Assembly (NCBI GenBank): GCA_040437565.1 | Contig: JBDOQK010000005.1 | Location: 682,001-746,000 of the forward strand | DNA from: Albugo candida | Lineage: Eukaryota | Direction: 5' to 3' | DNA: 64,000 nucleotides | In this document: positions 62,282 through 64,000 of the stretch, piece by piece | Layout of the letters: each line of letters begins with the position of its first letter | Position numbering within the stretch: position 1 is the stretch's first letter | Notes under the pieces: generated by a model | Seen by the model: the letters and a program-made list of their open reading frames with translations, nothing else | Databases searched by the model: none | Told to the model about the DNA's origin: nothing | Position numbers and translations under genes: made by a program

Positions 62282-64000
62282 CTACATAGCCCAAAGCAGA
62301 GCAAGCATCAAGGACCATAAAGTAGTGAGTGGAATTTGACGCTTTACTCCGGCATATGGAAGTAAAAACGAGCAGTCTTGCCCCATCCATGGGAAATACT
62401 CCAAACTGTCATTGTAAGGGTCAAATATCATAGAACAGTAGCAAGTCCCATTCACACAAACTCCATTTGGATAGGAGCAATTATTGAGGCAGAATTTCTT
62501 CTCGCAGTACATTCCGTACCATCCAATATCGCACATACATCTGGAATTTGGGAACTCAACAGAGCAGTACCCGTGCCCCGAGCAGTCGTATCGGCAGTCT
62601 CGAATGGAGCAGTCTTCACCGAGAAACCCAGGCTCACATATACACTTGCCAAACCCGTCACAAATACCATTTGAATAATGGATATTGCCACTCGTACAAG
62701 GGTATTTCTCGAGGCCTTCCACATACGAGTCGTTCTCTGTTGGATGATCCATCGAGAAGCAACAGTGATCACAACTCTCAACGGAATCCTCGTCGTCAAA
62801 GGTACAATACGTGCCGGGACACGAGGTGTTGGAGCAGTCCATCCCATAGTACCCATCATTGCATTGACAGCTTCCGTGGCGGCACACGCCGTGTAAGGAG
62901 CAATTCTTTATGCATTCTGTGGGTTTATAGTGCCAGAAATCTGCCAGCGACCTGTCTTTAGGAGTGAATAGCGAATGATACACTTCTTCTTGGATGTACC
63001 CGCCACCTCCATAGACAAACATAGCATCAAACTCGGGGTGATAGGCTGCTGCGTGGCCAGATCGTTGTGAAGGATGTTCCCACTTCAAAACATGAGGGAG
63101 GTCGCTTCGTCCATCATCACGATCGCGGCAACCATCCCATCCTGGAGCTTGTCTTCGGGCCTGTTGGATGAACAAAGGCTCGGCGTCGGTGCCTCGTGTA
63201 GGCTCTGCCATCACTGAAAACTACACGCATACGTGAGGATAGAGCGTGAGAATGGCTTTATTTCGAAGAGATACCGTCTTTGTTCCATAAAAAAGCTCCT
63301 TGTTGAATGAATCGCTACTGAACATATCATTAGGTGGGATATAGGCGTCGTACATGCCGCTGTGCGATTGCTTCCGCTCCCAAAGATCATCTGTGCATGA
63401 CGAGGGATACCTTGGATGCACAAAAGCCGTCTGTTTCCTCCATCGATTGCCTGCTGCATTGGAAATTAAGCTCCTGCAATCGAAAGTGACTCGGAAGAGC
63501 TGCCACGCACCGATAGAATATTGCCATGTGTCGTCAAAGTAATAATTTGTGCTGTAGCCACCGAATAACACCAAAATATCTCGTACAACTACCATAGAAT
63601 GTCCCATGCGGGCCTCTGGGATGTCTCTCTCTTTAATTCCCTTCTTCCTGCTGCCTCGATACGTCGGAAGAATGTGGCACCATTGTCGTGTGGTGAGGTT
63701 GTACCTCCAAAAGTCATTCAGAAAGTATGGATGGGTGGGATAAGGCTTGAATCCTATCCCGGTGCCAACGGCTCTGCCTCGTCCTGCACCCACCTCAGTT
63801 GTTGTTGGGTACGGGAAGAACGTTCGGTAGCCTCCATGGATGTATATTGCATCGTCGTAAAGCACGGAGGTATGGCCTGCTCGACCTGGTGGCCAGGTAA
63901 GCGTGCATTCCACCTCGCCCATTGCATCCACAACGGCTTCATCAATGGATGATACATCTGGGCAAAGTAATTCTTCTGTGATGTTTTTCCACGTGCGGAG
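62282..64000 (-). CDS. Kelch-repeat + EGF/tenascin-like-repeat protein with hydrophobic C-terminus (5' part outside the window)
   Basis: Kelch motifs PPGRAGHTSV...IHGG, PEARMGHSMV...LFGG and PSQRSGHAAA. EGF repeats CSLHGVC..GSCQCNDGYYGMDCS and CSGHGYC. C-terminus LTTLWSLMLALLWAM. Confidence 0.82.

Overview
Eukaryotic, oomycete-type DNA: short GT-AG introns of about 50 nt, compact genes, an IFT88 flagellar gene and oomycete-type AA17 LPMOs. It is most consistent with a zoosporic white-rust such as Albugo, but that is an inference. The draft assembly has 18 gaps of 100 N, and 15 of them are flanked by near-identical duplicated sequence, which inflates several ORFs. About 1-24.5 kb is gene-poor and transposon-rich: degenerate non-LTR remnants, an hAT-type MITE, a decayed Copia element with a Tc1 insertion, a tRNA-derived SINE with a 16-bp TSD, a complete chromodomain Gypsy element with LTRs and a 5-bp TSD, tRNA-Thr(TGT) and tRNA-Ser(CGA). 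About 24.6-64 kb is gene-dense. It holds glucose-6-phosphate isomerase, a multi-TM class-3 lipase, derlin, a U2AF large-subunit homolog with a GC-AG intron, two tandem AA17-like His-brace LPMOs (one with an in-frame stop), a PWWP/TFIIS-domain protein, RPSA, a DUF455 di-iron/glycosyltransferase fusion, a BRCA1-like RING-BRCT gene, a tandem-chromodomain protein, VPS8, IFT88 and a partial kelch/EGF membrane protein. The best candidate for an unexplored system is the ferritin-like DUF455 + GT4 fusion, followed by the LPMO pair and the structured SINE. All family calls come from motif recognition by eye; no database search was run.
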